DNA of 56,687 nucleotides from an uncultured virus (IMG/VR IMGVR_UViG_3300045995_000154) (IMGVR_UViG_3300045995_000154); one strand, 5' to 3'; counted from the first letter of the stretch, positions 17,958-27,898 are shown. Notes: generated from the letters alone by a model not told the origin. A program made the numbers and translations.

Positions 17958-19133
17958 TTATTGGAAGCTTAAGTTGCTGATTGCGATTTCAGCTAAGTAG
18001 TCGCCAGCGTTACCTAGGGACGATGCTGTGTTTGTTAACTCAACATAGCCGTAACGTGTCATAAAGCCTACGACTGGTTCGAATGTTGCTGGATCAAGAA
18101 CAACACCAGAGCTCATCAAAGGAATGTATGGGCAATAGAACGCTGCTGCGTCGGCTTCCGAAGAACCCTTGTAGCCAACAAGAACGTTTTGACCGTCTTG
18201 TGCGTAGCCGTCTACATAAATCTTCATCGCGCCGTTCAATGTACCAACGAACTTGGTATTTGTAGGTGCTTCGAATGTACCTTCTGTTGTACGTGCGAAT
18301 GCAGAAGTAGTTGCAGATTGCAATACTGTCAATGCTGCGGACGAAACAACTGCCCAGTTACCAGCGCCACGGCGTGTGCGTTGAGCGATCAAGTTAGCTG
18401 CACGATTGATAAGAACAGCTAAAGCAGCGTGTTCGTCACCAACGAAAGTAGCAGTACCGGATACAGTAGCTTGGTTGTATGTGTACTCAGTTGCAGCTAA
18501 AGAACGTAGGGAACCTAAGATTTCCTGGTCGATTTCAACTGTAATTTCTTGAGCAAGAGCTGCCATAACTTCAGCTTCCACGTCTAAACCGTGCATAGCT
18601 TGTGCGTCTTGAGCAGCTTCAAAGGTCCAACGTGCGCTTAACTTGCGAGTCTTCGCTTCAACAACTTGTTTCAAGATTTGAACGTTGATACGGTTACCTG
18701 GAACACCTTCCATTGTCGCTGTAGTTTGTGGCTTGCCAGAAGCAGCGCCAGAATACTGTGTAGCGATCTTGAATGGGCTCAATGCTTCGTCACCTGCGTT
18801 AACAGATTGCGAAGAATCGGAACCGTGTGCCATGTTATCTGCATAACGTACACGTAGGGTGTGGATCTGAGCAACAGGTCCGGTCATTGGCTGAACGCCA
18901 ACGATTTCGTTAGCGATAACTGTAGGCATAACACGACGGATAACTGGAAGAATAACGCGGTTTAAAGTCGCGATAGAACCAGTAGATGTCGAGCCTGCTG
19001 TAGCAGATTCAGCTAAATGCTTGCGTGTGTTTTCAAGAATAACGCTCATCGAGGTACGCTTGGAACCTTGTAGGCCTTCTAACAGGGCTTCTTTGGTTTC
19101 GCCCCAACGGCTTTCTAGTAATGCGGTTGTCAT
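17958..19133 (-). CDS. gp23: Major capsid protein, T4 gp23-like
   Basis: VIRRVMPTVIANEIVGVQPMTGP, EAKTRKLSARWTFEAAQD, EIDQEIL, YCPYIPL, FMTRYG. Confidence 0.97.
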   Translation of the reverse strand: MTTALLESRWGETKEALLEGLQGSKRTSMSVILENTRKHLAESATAGSTSTGSIATLNRVILPVIRRVMPTVIANEIVGVQPMTGPVAQIHTLRVRYADNMAHGSDSSQSVNAGDEALSPFKIATQYSGAASGKPQTTATMEGVPGNRINVQILKQVVEAKTRKLSARWTFEAAQDAQAMHGLDVEAEVMAALAQEITVEIDQEILGSLRSLAATEYTYNQATVSGTATFVGDEHAALAVLINRAANLIAQRTRRGAGNWAVVSSAALTVLQSATTSAFARTTEGTFEAPTNTKFVGTLNGAMKIYVDGYAQDGQNVLVGYKGSSEADAAAFYCPYIPLMSSGVVLDPATFEPVVGFMTRYGYVELTNTASSLGNAGDYLAEIAISNLSFQ

Positions 19134-19158
19134 AATTTCATTTTCTCCTAATTAGGGT

Positions 19159-20280
19159 TTAATATTTTAGCCCTGCCAAACGCTTCAACTCAATCACATT
19201 AGTGTCATGTGCTTTGTTGACCGCAGCATTTGTAGCAGCCTTATCTCCAGTTACTGCAACACGGCTTTCAGTCATCATAGCTTTCTGCGGAGCAGGAGCC
19301 TGGGTTGTCTGTGTAGCTTTGTTGTTAAGTACAGCAGGAAGATACTTTTCGTAAGCGCTCTGTAACTTGGAAGTTTGAACACTCTCTAAAAGCTCGCTCA
19401 TTACAGCGGCCTTCTCTTTAGCCAATGGCTTCATCAAATCAGACAATAAAGCCTTACGTGATGTAGTTTCTTGGATAATACGAATCTCTTGTTCCTTGGA
19501 TTCAACCAAGGCAGCTTTAGCTTGAATAGTCTTCTTAGACTCTGCAAGTGCAGCATTTGTTTCTTTTACTAGCTTAGATAACTTAGCGATTTCGACGTTC
19601 TCATTTAAGTGAGTAACTGCGAATTCGGAAGCAAAAGCTTCGAACAGACGACGACCGAACATGTTCTCACGAGCAAGTTGGATGTCTTCTTTCAATTGTG
19701 TCATTTCAGTTGTAAGACTCTTTGTTACAGCTTCTTTAACAAGTTGTGAACTACGAGCAATAAATGCTTGTTGTAATTCAGCTAGTTTGTCCTTAGCGCC
19801 AGCGATTAAGCGGACCTTAGTTTCAACTACAGCTTGCTTGTCTTTGTCGAATTCCTTGATCTCTTCGGACAATGCCTTGATAACAAACGACTCTAACTTA
19901 CCGATAGAGTTTTCGTAACCAATGCGGTCCTTACGTAGTTCTTGGATTTCTTCTGCTAACTTGCTTACCATGAAGTTGTTAAACTTCTCAGCGCCTTCGT
20001 TCATGTGACGTTTAAATTTCACACGGTCTTCAGCTAAAGCTTGCTTTTCAGATTGGAACTCAGCCAATTCAGCAGTAAGACTTTCTGTAACCATCTTGTC
20101 AAGTGCTTCAACCATTACTTGCTTGTCATGTTGATAACGTTGTGCAAATTCTTCACGTAACTCAGCGCGAACTGTTTCCTTAGCTTCAGACAATTGTGTG
20201 TCCCAAGCTTCAGTGATAGCATCGCGAGTGCCTTCGTTAATAATGCCGTTGTCCAACAGAGGTTTTAGTGCGTTTAACAT
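19159..20280 (-). CDS. gp22: Prohead scaffolding/core protein, gp22-like
   Basis: Coiled-coil, Glu-rich, RRLFEAFASEF motif; between protease and capsid genes. Confidence 0.85.
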   Translation of the reverse strand: MLNALKPLLDNGIINEGTRDAITEAWDTQLSEAKETVRAELREEFAQRYQHDKQVMVEALDKMVTESLTAELAEFQSEKQALAEDRVKFKRHMNEGAEKFNNFMVSKLAEEIQELRKDRIGYENSIGKLESFVIKALSEEIKEFDKDKQAVVETKVRLIAGAKDKLAELQQAFIARSSQLVKEAVTKSLTTEMTQLKEDIQLARENMFGRRLFEAFASEFAVTHLNENVEIAKLSKLVKETNAALAESKKTIQAKAALVESKEQEIRIIQETTSRKALLSDLMKPLAKEKAAVMSELLESVQTSKLQSAYEKYLPAVLNNKATQTTQAPAPQKAMMTESRVAVTGDKAATNAAVNKAHDTNVIELKRLAGLKY

Positions 20281-20295
20281 TAGGGTTTCTCCGTT

Positions 20296-20934
20296 TTATT
20301 TCTTTAATTCTTTGATAAAGCCGGTAATGGCTTCTTTCAAGTACCGTTGTACTTTTTGATCCTGGGACGCTTCTTTTGCAATCCCAAAAAGTTTTGCGCC
20401 ACCTTGCATATTCATCAAGCTTTCGTAGATTGCTTTTGGGTAAGCATGTGGTGCACTTGGTTGCGCAACAATGTCTACTGTAACAATCTCAAACTCGCTT
20501 ACATGCCCGGAGCCTTCATTCACGTTACCAGATCCACGGGATGAAACACCTAACTTAACACCAGAAGCTAACATTGACTTAACAAGTTCGCCCATTGGTG
20601 TAGGAAGAATTTTCAACTTACCATGGCCGCAAGGTCCGTCCATCCACATTTGTTCAATCATGTGGGAGACGCGATCCAAGTTGATCTTTAAATCGTCCGG
20701 ATGGTCTACTTCGCCTAAAACGGAGTAGCCGCCCTTGATTTGTTCATTGATGGTCCCAACAGCTCGTTCTATTTCGTGAACAGGATAAACACGTTGGTTA
20801 GCGTTCTTCACACCTCCCTCGATGAATATCCCCTTCATATAGAGATTCTTGCCTTTTCCGTCAGCAGCGTCTTCCGATAGAATCGTAAGACCTGCTCGGT
20901 CAAAAGTTAAGTTCTCTTTTAGGTACAAAGCCAT
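20296..20934 (-). CDS. gp21: Prohead maturation protease, gp21-like
   Basis: KNANQRVYP, LGEVDHP, RVSHMI, ILPTPMG, GVSSRGSG, DIVAQPSAPHA. Confidence 0.95.
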   Translation of the reverse strand: MALYLKENLTFDRAGLTILSEDAADGKGKNLYMKGIFIEGGVKNANQRVYPVHEIERAVGTINEQIKGGYSVLGEVDHPDDLKINLDRVSHMIEQMWMDGPCGHGKLKILPTPMGELVKSMLASGVKLGVSSRGSGNVNEGSGHVSEFEIVTVDIVAQPSAPHAYPKAIYESLMNMQGGAKLFGIAKEASQDQKVQRYLKEAITGFIKELKK

Positions 20935-20947
20935 AATATTGACCTAA

Positions 20948-22120
20948 TTACTTCTTAGCGTAGCCTAAGCTATCTTTGCTAACTGGTACGGAGTCCTTAG
21001 TAGTGCTACCTTCAGCTTCTTTAGCCTTTTCCTTGGTCTTAAAGAATTGTTGGGCACCAGCGTTACCGCCTACCTTGTTAACGTTACGTTCAGAACCAGG
21101 GATAGCAACAGGAGCCTTCATGAAGCCGCCTGCTTTAGCCTTGGATGTTTGACCGTCTTTGTCGCTTGTGTCATTGCCCTTGCCGGAAAGGATATTGGAA
21201 GCAGTGCCGCCCATATCGTTCTTACCTGCAACAGGAGTTGTCTTGTTTACTGGGAAGCTCTTACGATCGCTGCCGACTTCATTGCCTTCAGCTTCACCGT
21301 GCTTTTCAGGACCGTGGCCGTCGGAAATCTTCTCAACGTATTCGCGCATTAATTCTGCTGCGGACTTACGGCTTTCTGTCTTAGCGCCAGAACCGGAACC
21401 CTTCTTAGCGAATGGATTACCGCTGCCTGCTTTACCAGAACCGCTTGCTGCTTTGCCCGAACCCGAAGCCTTCTTGCCAGAGCCAGATGCCTTACCGGAA
21501 CCGGACTTGCCGCTACCAGACTTAGCAAAAGGATTTGCGCTTTCGCCCATTGGCTCTTCTTCTTCAGCGCCAACTTCTTCAGGTGCGCCACCAAAGTCTT
21601 CACCAGCGTCGTCAGCAGCCATCTCGTCGCCGCCTTCAATTTCGCCGTCGCCCATTTCGCCTTCCATGCCTTCGTCGCCACCCATAATGGATGCAAACTC
21701 AGCTTCTAAGTCGTCAATAGCAGACTTGATATCTTGGAACTTAGCGGACATATCGCCTTCGCCGCCCATGTCGTCACCACCTAGGTCATCGCCTAGATCG
21801 TCACCACCAAATTCGTCGCCCATCTCGTCGCCGCCCATGTCATCGCCGCCGAACTCGTCGTCGCCCATGCCGTCATCATCGCCCATGTCGCCGTCCATCT
21901 CGCCGCCGAACTCGTCGTCAGCTTCGCCTAAACCACCGTTTTCGTCACGAGTTACGTCATCAACTAAGTCGCCTTGTTGGTCGTACTGGTCAACAGTTTC
22001 GTCCATCAAGCTTTCGTAGATGTCGCGGCTCTTGGCTACAACGATGCTGTGAAATAATTCACGAGCTTTGTCTTCTTGGTCATTGATGATGTACTCAATC
22101 AATTGTTCATACTTGTTCAT
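20948..22120 (-). CDS. Low-complexity acidic/basic prohead core or internal protein
   Basis: D/E/G/M-rich tract, SGSGK repeats, Lys-rich C-terminus; upstream of gp21 with TAAATA at 22156-22161. Confidence 0.75.
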   Translation of the reverse strand: MNKYEQLIEYIINDQEDKARELFHSIVVAKSRDIYESLMDETVDQYDQQGDLVDDVTRDENGGLGEADDEFGGEMDGDMGDDDGMGDDEFGGDDMGGDEMGDEFGGDDLGDDLGGDDMGGEGDMSAKFQDIKSAIDDLEAEFASIMGGDEGMEGEMGDGEIEGGDEMAADDAGEDFGGAPEEVGAEEEEPMGESANPFAKSGSGKSGSGKASGSGKKASGSGKAASGSGKAGSGNPFAKKGSGSGAKTESRKSAAELMREYVEKISDGHGPEKHGEAEGNEVGSDRKSFPVNKTTPVAGKNDMGGTASNILSGKGNDTSDKDGQTSKAKAGGFMKAPVAIPGSERNVNKVGGNAGAQQFFKTKEKAKEAEGSTTKDSVPVSKDSLGYAKK

Positions 22121-22203
22121 GTTAAAGGTTACCTTTCAATATTATGGCTATATGTTATTTACATATATGCGTGTATTTGTGTTTGTAATGGGCAGATATT
22201 GAG

Positions 22204-22232
22204 CGATTCCATTGGAGTGTGCAATGGAATCG
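22204..22232. repeat. Perfect 11-bp inverted repeat (hairpin)
   Basis: CGATTCCATTG-gagtgtg-CAATGGAATCG just past the stop of the 22243 gene. Confidence 0.75.
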
Positions 22233-22242
22233 TAATATTTTG

Positions 22243-22485
22243 TTAAATGCCCATGCCGCCACCAGGCATTGCACCTGGATCTGCGGCTGGTTTATACTGC
22301 TTACTAACTTGCTCTAGCTTCTCTTCGTGCTCAAATTTACGCACATCGTTAGCTTGTCTTAGCTTGTTGATGTGTGCAAATGTAAGCTTTGTCTTGCGCA
22401 TATCATGTAATTTCATGACAGAGCCGTCATCGTTTTCGTCACGATAACCAGGAGCAGCAGGTTCAAAAAGTTCAGCTATAAACAT
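22243..22485 (-). CDS. Small head-assembly region protein (80 aa)
   Basis: Between portal and core genes; TAAATA at 22502-22507. Confidence 0.75.
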   Translation of the reverse strand: MFIAELFEPAAPGYRDENDDGSVMKLHDMRKTKLTFAHINKLRQANDVRKFEHEEKLEQVSKQYKPAADPGAMPGGGMGI

Positions 22486-22519
22486 ATTTTTCTTATTATT
22501 GTATTTAGTTTAGTCTGTA

Positions 22520-24241
22520 TTAACCAACTGCGGCAGGCTGTCCACCAGCACCACCGCCCGGAATACCGCCGCCAGCGGCAGGAGCACCTGGTGCACCGCC
22601 AGCTGCTGGGTCTGCACCCTCTTCGCCTGGCATTGGTGCTAGGTTTTCTAAGTCACCGGAAATGCCACCAGGAGTAACACCAACGCTACGTAAATCAGCA
22701 CCGTCAGCTGGCGCAGACTCAACGTCGCCTTGCTCTTCATTCCATTGCTGTTCGTTTTCATTCATCTCTTCCTCAGTTAAGCCTAAGTAGCGTTTCATTA
22801 GCCAACGCTTTGAGAAATATGGGAATGCTTCGAGTGCAGTGAATGTACCAATACGTGCTTGGTCGGCATCTGCTTGTGCGTAGCCAGCAAAGTTTTGTGG
22901 CTCTTCAAATATAAGATCAAATAATGACCCGTCAATGTTAATGCCTCTCCAGCGCATAAACATCTTAAATTCTTGGTCTAGCTTGTCTGCAATCATCGCT
23001 TGTAGACGCTTGCAGTATTGGTTAAAGCGCCACTCTTGAATAAGAGCAGTGCCTACTTTACCATCACTAAACGATTGGGAACCCTCGTCAACACCTGTTG
23101 GCAAGTAGCTAGAAGGGATACGCAAACCACGGAATAGCTTGTTCGTAAAGAAGCGTAAGTCTGTAATTTCGCCTAAGTTTTGTCCGCCAGCTAATGCTTC
23201 AACAGAAGAGCCACGGCCATCAGCAGTAACAGGGAAGAAAAAGTCTTCGTTTGTGCTTAATGGGTTGTATGTAGCGTCCATCATGTTGGAGCTGCCACCT
23301 GTTTGTGTAGGAATTCTACGTTGAGAAACTTCGTTCTTAACACGGTCAACGAATGCCATAGCCATGTGTGTTGGCATGTTACCTACGTCAATCTTGAAAA
23401 TACGACGTTCAGGCGCACGTTGCACACGATAGATAATAATAGCATCCTCTAGCAATTCCTTCTGCTTGAAAACTTTGAATACGTTTTCAAGTACGCTAGT
23501 ACCGAAGGGCCAAAACACGTCTAAACCTTCTGTCAGACTAATATGCACGATGTGTTCGGCGTTGATAACTGCTTCGTTTGTCTGGTGCGTAAATCTAGAA
23601 CCGCCAGAGAATGGGGCACCGGTTTGCACATAGCCACCGCCACCTGCACCACCGTTTTGAGGATTGTTACTGTACGTATCCGCGGTGCTAACTGCGGTTA
23701 CAGTTAGATTTTGGAAGTTCGGGTTAATGTCCTTAATTAGGTATTGTTCCGGTTTCTTTCCAGCAGCTTCGTCAACGATTACTTTAGTAACCTTCCCCAT
23801 TTCAGTCCAGAACAGTTTGAATGTTTCTGGATCGCGCACAAAGACTTGATCGCCGTACTTTAGTACGTTACGGAATATCTTAAAAATACGCTTGTTGAAT
23901 TCGTTAAGAGCAACCCATTGCTGTAGCTGCTCTTTGATGATGTTTACTTCATTGTCTGTTGGCTTGTCTTTGAAGTGAATGGAAAACGCTGTATTGTTTT
24001 CCATGTTCTTTTGTGTGCAGAACTCGGCCAAAATATCCAAAGCTGCATTAACTTCAGAGTCGCCATCCATTTGTTCGTATTGGGAGTAACGTTCAGTGCG
24101 GTTTGGGTGACCAGTGTAGACTTCGGGCAAATTACTTTGGTAATTACGGTAGCCCATATCAGCCATACGGCCTTGACCATTGCCCAATGGGCTCAGGTTA
24201 GACGGTACATTTGCGGTTTTGAAAAACTTTTTCCAAGACAT
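22520..24241 (-). CDS. gp20: Portal protein, T4 gp20-like
   Basis: LLEDAIIIYRVQRAPERRIFKIDVGNMP, EDFFFP, LFRGLRIPSSYL; TAAATA at 24265-24270. Confidence 0.96.
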   Translation of the reverse strand: MSWKKFFKTANVPSNLSPLGNGQGRMADMGYRNYQSNLPEVYTGHPNRTERYSQYEQMDGDSEVNAALDILAEFCTQKNMENNTAFSIHFKDKPTDNEVNIIKEQLQQWVALNEFNKRIFKIFRNVLKYGDQVFVRDPETFKLFWTEMGKVTKVIVDEAAGKKPEQYLIKDINPNFQNLTVTAVSTADTYSNNPQNGGAGGGGYVQTGAPFSGGSRFTHQTNEAVINAEHIVHISLTEGLDVFWPFGTSVLENVFKVFKQKELLEDAIIIYRVQRAPERRIFKIDVGNMPTHMAMAFVDRVKNEVSQRRIPTQTGGSSNMMDATYNPLSTNEDFFFPVTADGRGSSVEALAGGQNLGEITDLRFFTNKLFRGLRIPSSYLPTGVDEGSQSFSDGKVGTALIQEWRFNQYCKRLQAMIADKLDQEFKMFMRWRGINIDGSLFDLIFEEPQNFAGYAQADADQARIGTFTALEAFPYFSKRWLMKRYLGLTEEEMNENEQQWNEEQGDVESAPADGADLRSVGVTPGGISGDLENLAPMPGEEGADPAAGGAPGAPAAGGGIPGGGAGGQPAAVG

Positions 24242-24274
24242 TTATAAAAATCCAGTATATTGTGTATTTAGCGG

Positions 24275-26779
24275 TTAAGCCATTGCGTTATAAAGTCTTT
24301 CAGTGTAGTCCTTCGTGTCATTCATTGCACGTAGCATCTCGTCTTGCTTTTCGAGTTGGTCCCGTGCAGTAGTAATCAAATTCTGCAATGCTTCTGTTAA
24401 ATCAGAGTTAGACTTGATTTGGAAGTTTATGGATTCAGCAGACTCTTTGCTAGATAGTTTATTAGTCAATGCAGCTATTGCGCTATCCAATGACGATGTA
24501 GTCGCAATTGAAAACTTCTCACTCATTTCTTGTATACTACCAACTATACCGCTAAAATCAGCCGATGGTGGTTGTATATTATTTGATATGGACGTAGAAT
24601 TCTTGTTTTCAAAATTTGGCATAGATGCCATTTGTGGCTCTGCTGATGGTAATGCAGTCATTAGATCAGCGTAGCCTTGTGTACCAGCTTTAAGCTTTCC
24701 ACCTGAATCCAAAGGAATTACTAATTCTGTACCGTGCAGTTTTTCTAAAAAGCCGCGTTTAGATCCAGATGCAATACCACCGTCTGCTTTACCTTTGTCT
24801 GCAGGTGGCAGGCCCAATGCATCAGCAACAGAATTTCCTATTTCATGACCCCCTAGGCCACCCATTACTGCACCTGGAATAGCAGCAACACCAAAGCTAG
24901 AAAGACCACCAGCAAGCGCACCACCAGCTGTCCCAAGTGCAGTACCGCCATAATCTAATGCTGCACGACCGTTCTTAGACCACCATGAACCAGACTCGCT
25001 TCCCATCTTTTTGTGATCTGGTATTGCCTCGTCTATTAGTTTTTGCATGGCTTGAATTGACTCGTCCAATACCCTTGTATACTCACCAAGTAATGGATTA
25101 ATTAGAGTCTGCAATTGTACCTTAAAGCTTTGCATTTGGATTTCTACATCACGAACAGTACCAGTGAATTCGTCTTGCGTTGTTTTTTGCGCTTGCACAC
25201 CTTCAGTTCCTGCCTTAATTGCTTCTTCTGTCCACTTATTTCTAAATTGCAACTCTGTGCCCATACTCTCAGACAAACTTTGCACTAACCCGCCAACACC
25301 CGCTGCACCAGCAAGACCAATGGCAACGTTATCTAACATGTCCTTTTTAATTTGATCAGTATTGTTTGCTTGAATGCGGCGTGCTTCCATTTCATCCAAT
25401 GTACCATTTTTAAATGAGTCAGTAAATTGTTGTACGCTATCGTTCAACCCCGGACTTAGTGCGGCCGCGGTGGCACCTTCTTGGTTAATGACTGACCCAA
25501 AGTTAACCATGTCCATGAAATTCTTTTGTTGAATCTCGGACATATTCCCCATGGCATTAACTACACCACGCCGTTGCTTCTCATCCATGCCTGCTAGTTT
25601 TTGTTGGAACGCCAGTTGGTTAGCTTTGTTTCGAGCTTCTTCCATGCGCTTTTTGCCATCTTCACCAGTGATAGCTGCTATTGTGCGCAAATTTTCTGCA
25701 TACTTTTGTGTTTCAATTGCAACTTGTGCATTAGATGCACGAAGCGGGCCACCCGAGCCACGCATGTCCTTCATTGTCTCCGCAACTAATCCTGCCTGCT
25801 CCTCAAAGCTATATCCTAGATTTAGCAGTTGAGTTTTCATCTCAGTGCCACCAGCTTTAATTGCTGCGCCCATACGGCGTGATCCTTCAGCAACACCCAT
25901 ACCAGACCCAGCTAAGTCCGCTGAGTGTTTTTGCAAAACGTTTGCAAATTGGTCCATAGTCAAACCTGCATTTAGTGCAGTATCGCGCAGCTCTGACAGC
26001 CCACCACCAAACATTGCACCAACGGACGATGCATCATTGAATGCCTTAACTGTTTTCTCTACTTCCTTACCTAGAATCGCAACACCAAATTTTAATAACT
26101 TGGAAGCACCTTCGCCGAGCATACCCACAAACGGACCAAGGGCTTCAGTGGCCATACCCAACCCTTTAACCCACTTATTACTACTGCGGGTCATTGCGTT
26201 GCCAACTCCACCTATTGCTTGTCCAGCAGCACCACTGGCTTGACCTGCTAAATCGATCCCAGCAGTCATTGCTTCAGTCGCTAACCCTATACCTGACCCA
26301 CTGTCAAGGAAACTTTTTGTCAACGTTCCAGCCGACGATGCTGCTGACATACCAAGTCTACCAACGCCATCCGCTCCCTTGTGTATTAACGATATTGCAT
26401 TGGACAGCCCAGACGAAAAATTTTGTGCCGCCGCTGCTTTAATAAGTGCCGCTTTTTTCTCTTCCAATGCACCCTTGGCAATTGTTGCCTCAAATGTGGA
26501 TAGATTTTCGTCAATGTTTGCTATTTCATCGTCTAGCTCTTTAAGTCGTTCAGTGACATCTACGTATTGTAACTGTCCCTTTTTTAGCACGTTGTTCCAT
26601 TTATCAAAGCCAGTGTGGGCTTTCTTAATGGTTGCCATCATCCTAGCCCACTCTTTTTCGTCAGCATGAGCGTTACGCGAGCCCACAGTGTTGCGTGGAT
26701 CAATAGCATTGCCTGAGCCGCCGGCCACAATTGCTCTGGCGACGGCTTCGCTTAATCTATCATAATCGATATCTGACAT
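24275..26779 (-). CDS. Tape-measure-like tail protein (834 aa)
   Basis: Helical Ala/Gly-rich; Y..NL..IAAITG..KK pattern, Gly-rich hydrophobic stretch, ADGGIASG...LHGTELVIPL C-terminal motif; next to gp26-like chaperone. Confidence 0.75.
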   Translation of the reverse strand: MSDIDYDRLSEAVARAIVAGGSGNAIDPRNTVGSRNAHADEKEWARMMATIKKAHTGFDKWNNVLKKGQLQYVDVTERLKELDDEIANIDENLSTFEATIAKGALEEKKAALIKAAAAQNFSSGLSNAISLIHKGADGVGRLGMSAASSAGTLTKSFLDSGSGIGLATEAMTAGIDLAGQASGAAGQAIGGVGNAMTRSSNKWVKGLGMATEALGPFVGMLGEGASKLLKFGVAILGKEVEKTVKAFNDASSVGAMFGGGLSELRDTALNAGLTMDQFANVLQKHSADLAGSGMGVAEGSRRMGAAIKAGGTEMKTQLLNLGYSFEEQAGLVAETMKDMRGSGGPLRASNAQVAIETQKYAENLRTIAAITGEDGKKRMEEARNKANQLAFQQKLAGMDEKQRRGVVNAMGNMSEIQQKNFMDMVNFGSVINQEGATAAALSPGLNDSVQQFTDSFKNGTLDEMEARRIQANNTDQIKKDMLDNVAIGLAGAAGVGGLVQSLSESMGTELQFRNKWTEEAIKAGTEGVQAQKTTQDEFTGTVRDVEIQMQSFKVQLQTLINPLLGEYTRVLDESIQAMQKLIDEAIPDHKKMGSESGSWWSKNGRAALDYGGTALGTAGGALAGGLSSFGVAAIPGAVMGGLGGHEIGNSVADALGLPPADKGKADGGIASGSKRGFLEKLHGTELVIPLDSGGKLKAGTQGYADLMTALPSAEPQMASMPNFENKNSTSISNNIQPPSADFSGIVGSIQEMSEKFSIATTSSLDSAIAALTNKLSSKESAESINFQIKSNSDLTEALQNLITTARDQLEKQDEMLRAMNDTKDYTERLYNAMA

Positions 26780-26786
26780 TCATGGC

Positions 26787-26819
26787 CCTATAAATAAGAG
26801 TATATCGATTATTTATAGG
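26787..26819. promoter_or_regulatory. Face-to-face pair of perfect T4 late promoters forming an 11-bp inverted repeat
   Basis: TATAAATA plus strand 26789-26796 and minus strand 26810-26817; CCTATAAATAA...TTATTTATAGG. Confidence 0.8.
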
Positions 26820-26828
26820 ATTTCTACC

Positions 26829-27680
26829 ATGGATTCAACCCAACGCAACCCACTAAGTGGGTATTTCCGCCAACCCGTGATTTACTTGAAGCTACCGTCT
26901 AATGGGCGCTGGTGGAAGGAAGGTTCGTTAAATCTCACTGAATCAGGCGACTTACCAGTGTACCCAATGAGTTTAAACGACGAAATCATGCTTAAAACGC
27001 CTGATGCATTGATGAACGGGCAGGGCATTGTTAATGTAATACAAAGCTGCATTCCAAACATCACATCAGCATGGGATATGCCATCAATCGACGTGGACAC
27101 TGTGCTAATAGCATTGCGCATTGCATCATTTGGTAATAACATGGAATTTGATTCCAGGTGCCCGCATTGTCAAGAGGAAAATACGCACGAGGTTGATTTG
27201 ACTATTCAACTGCAAAACTTGGCACAGCCTGATTTCACAGAGGCAGTAGCTATCGGCAAACTTAGAATCAAATTGAAGCCACAGTCGTACTTCAACACAA
27301 ATCGTGGCGACAACGTGAGATTTGAAGAAGAGCGATTAGTTAATGCGTTGAATATGCCAGAGGCAACGCCATCTGAAGAAAAAGCTAAGTTGCTTGAAGA
27401 AAGCATGAAACGTTTAACTGAGTTGGGAATTAGATCCATTGCTAATAGCACTGAGTACATTGAGATTGACGGTGACGAGAGAGTAAGCAACATGGACTTC
27501 TTAACTGAATTTTACACAAAGTCCGACGCATCAGTGATACACACAATACAAGAGAGACTCGCACAAATCAATGAAGTATCAAAATTGAAACCATTGCAGC
27601 TTCAATGTAACGAATGCAGCAAGCCGTATAACATCGACTTAACATTTGACTATGCAAGTTTTTTCGGAAAAAGCTCTTAA
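26829..27680 (+). CDS. gp26: Baseplate hub assembly chaperone, T4 gp26-like
   Basis: YLKLPSNG, VYPMSLNDEIMLKTPDALMNG, D.DTVLIALRIASFG, CPHC and CNEC motifs, ends DYASFF. Confidence 0.8.
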   Translation: MDSTQRNPLSGYFRQPVIYLKLPSNGRWWKEGSLNLTESGDLPVYPMSLNDEIMLKTPDALMNGQGIVNVIQSCIPNITSAWDMPSIDVDTVLIALRIASFGNNMEFDSRCPHCQEENTHEVDLTIQLQNLAQPDFTEAVAIGKLRIKLKPQSYFNTNRGDNVRFEEERLVNALNMPEATPSEEKAKLLEESMKRLTELGIRSIANSTEYIEIDGDERVSNMDFLTEFYTKSDASVIHTIQERLAQINEVSKLKPLQLQCNECSKPYNIDLTFDYASFFGKSS

Positions 27681-27898
27681 CACTTAAAACCGAAGCAGAA
27701 GTCATAGGACTCTTAGAGTCCTATGAAAGGCAAGTTAAGGGCATGAAAAAAGAAGCACTGCGCATGTGTTGGTTAATGCGTGGAGGTATGAGCTACCCTG
27801 AGATACTTCAACTCGGAATGGTTGAGCGTGAACTAATCGGAGAGATAGCTAAGGAAAATATTGAAACTACTAAGGCAAGTAAGCTTCCGTATTTTTAA
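27659..27898 (+). CDS. gp51-like hub assembly protein; -1 frame open from slippery site T TTT TTC (alternative own ATG at 27743); not in ORF track
   Basis: -1 frame reads FFRKKLLTLKTEAEVIGLLESYERQVKGMKKEALRMCWLMRGGMSYPEILQLGMVERELIGEIAKENIETTKASKLPYF*. Confidence 0.7.
   Translation, partial: FFRKKLLTLKTEAEVIGLLESYERQVKGMKKEALRMCWLMRGGMSYPEILQLGMVERELIGEIAKENIETTKASKLPYF

Noticed and set aside
21159..22019. 286-aa Ser/Pro-rich plus-strand ORF
   Set aside because: Antisense shadow of the low-complexity core protein
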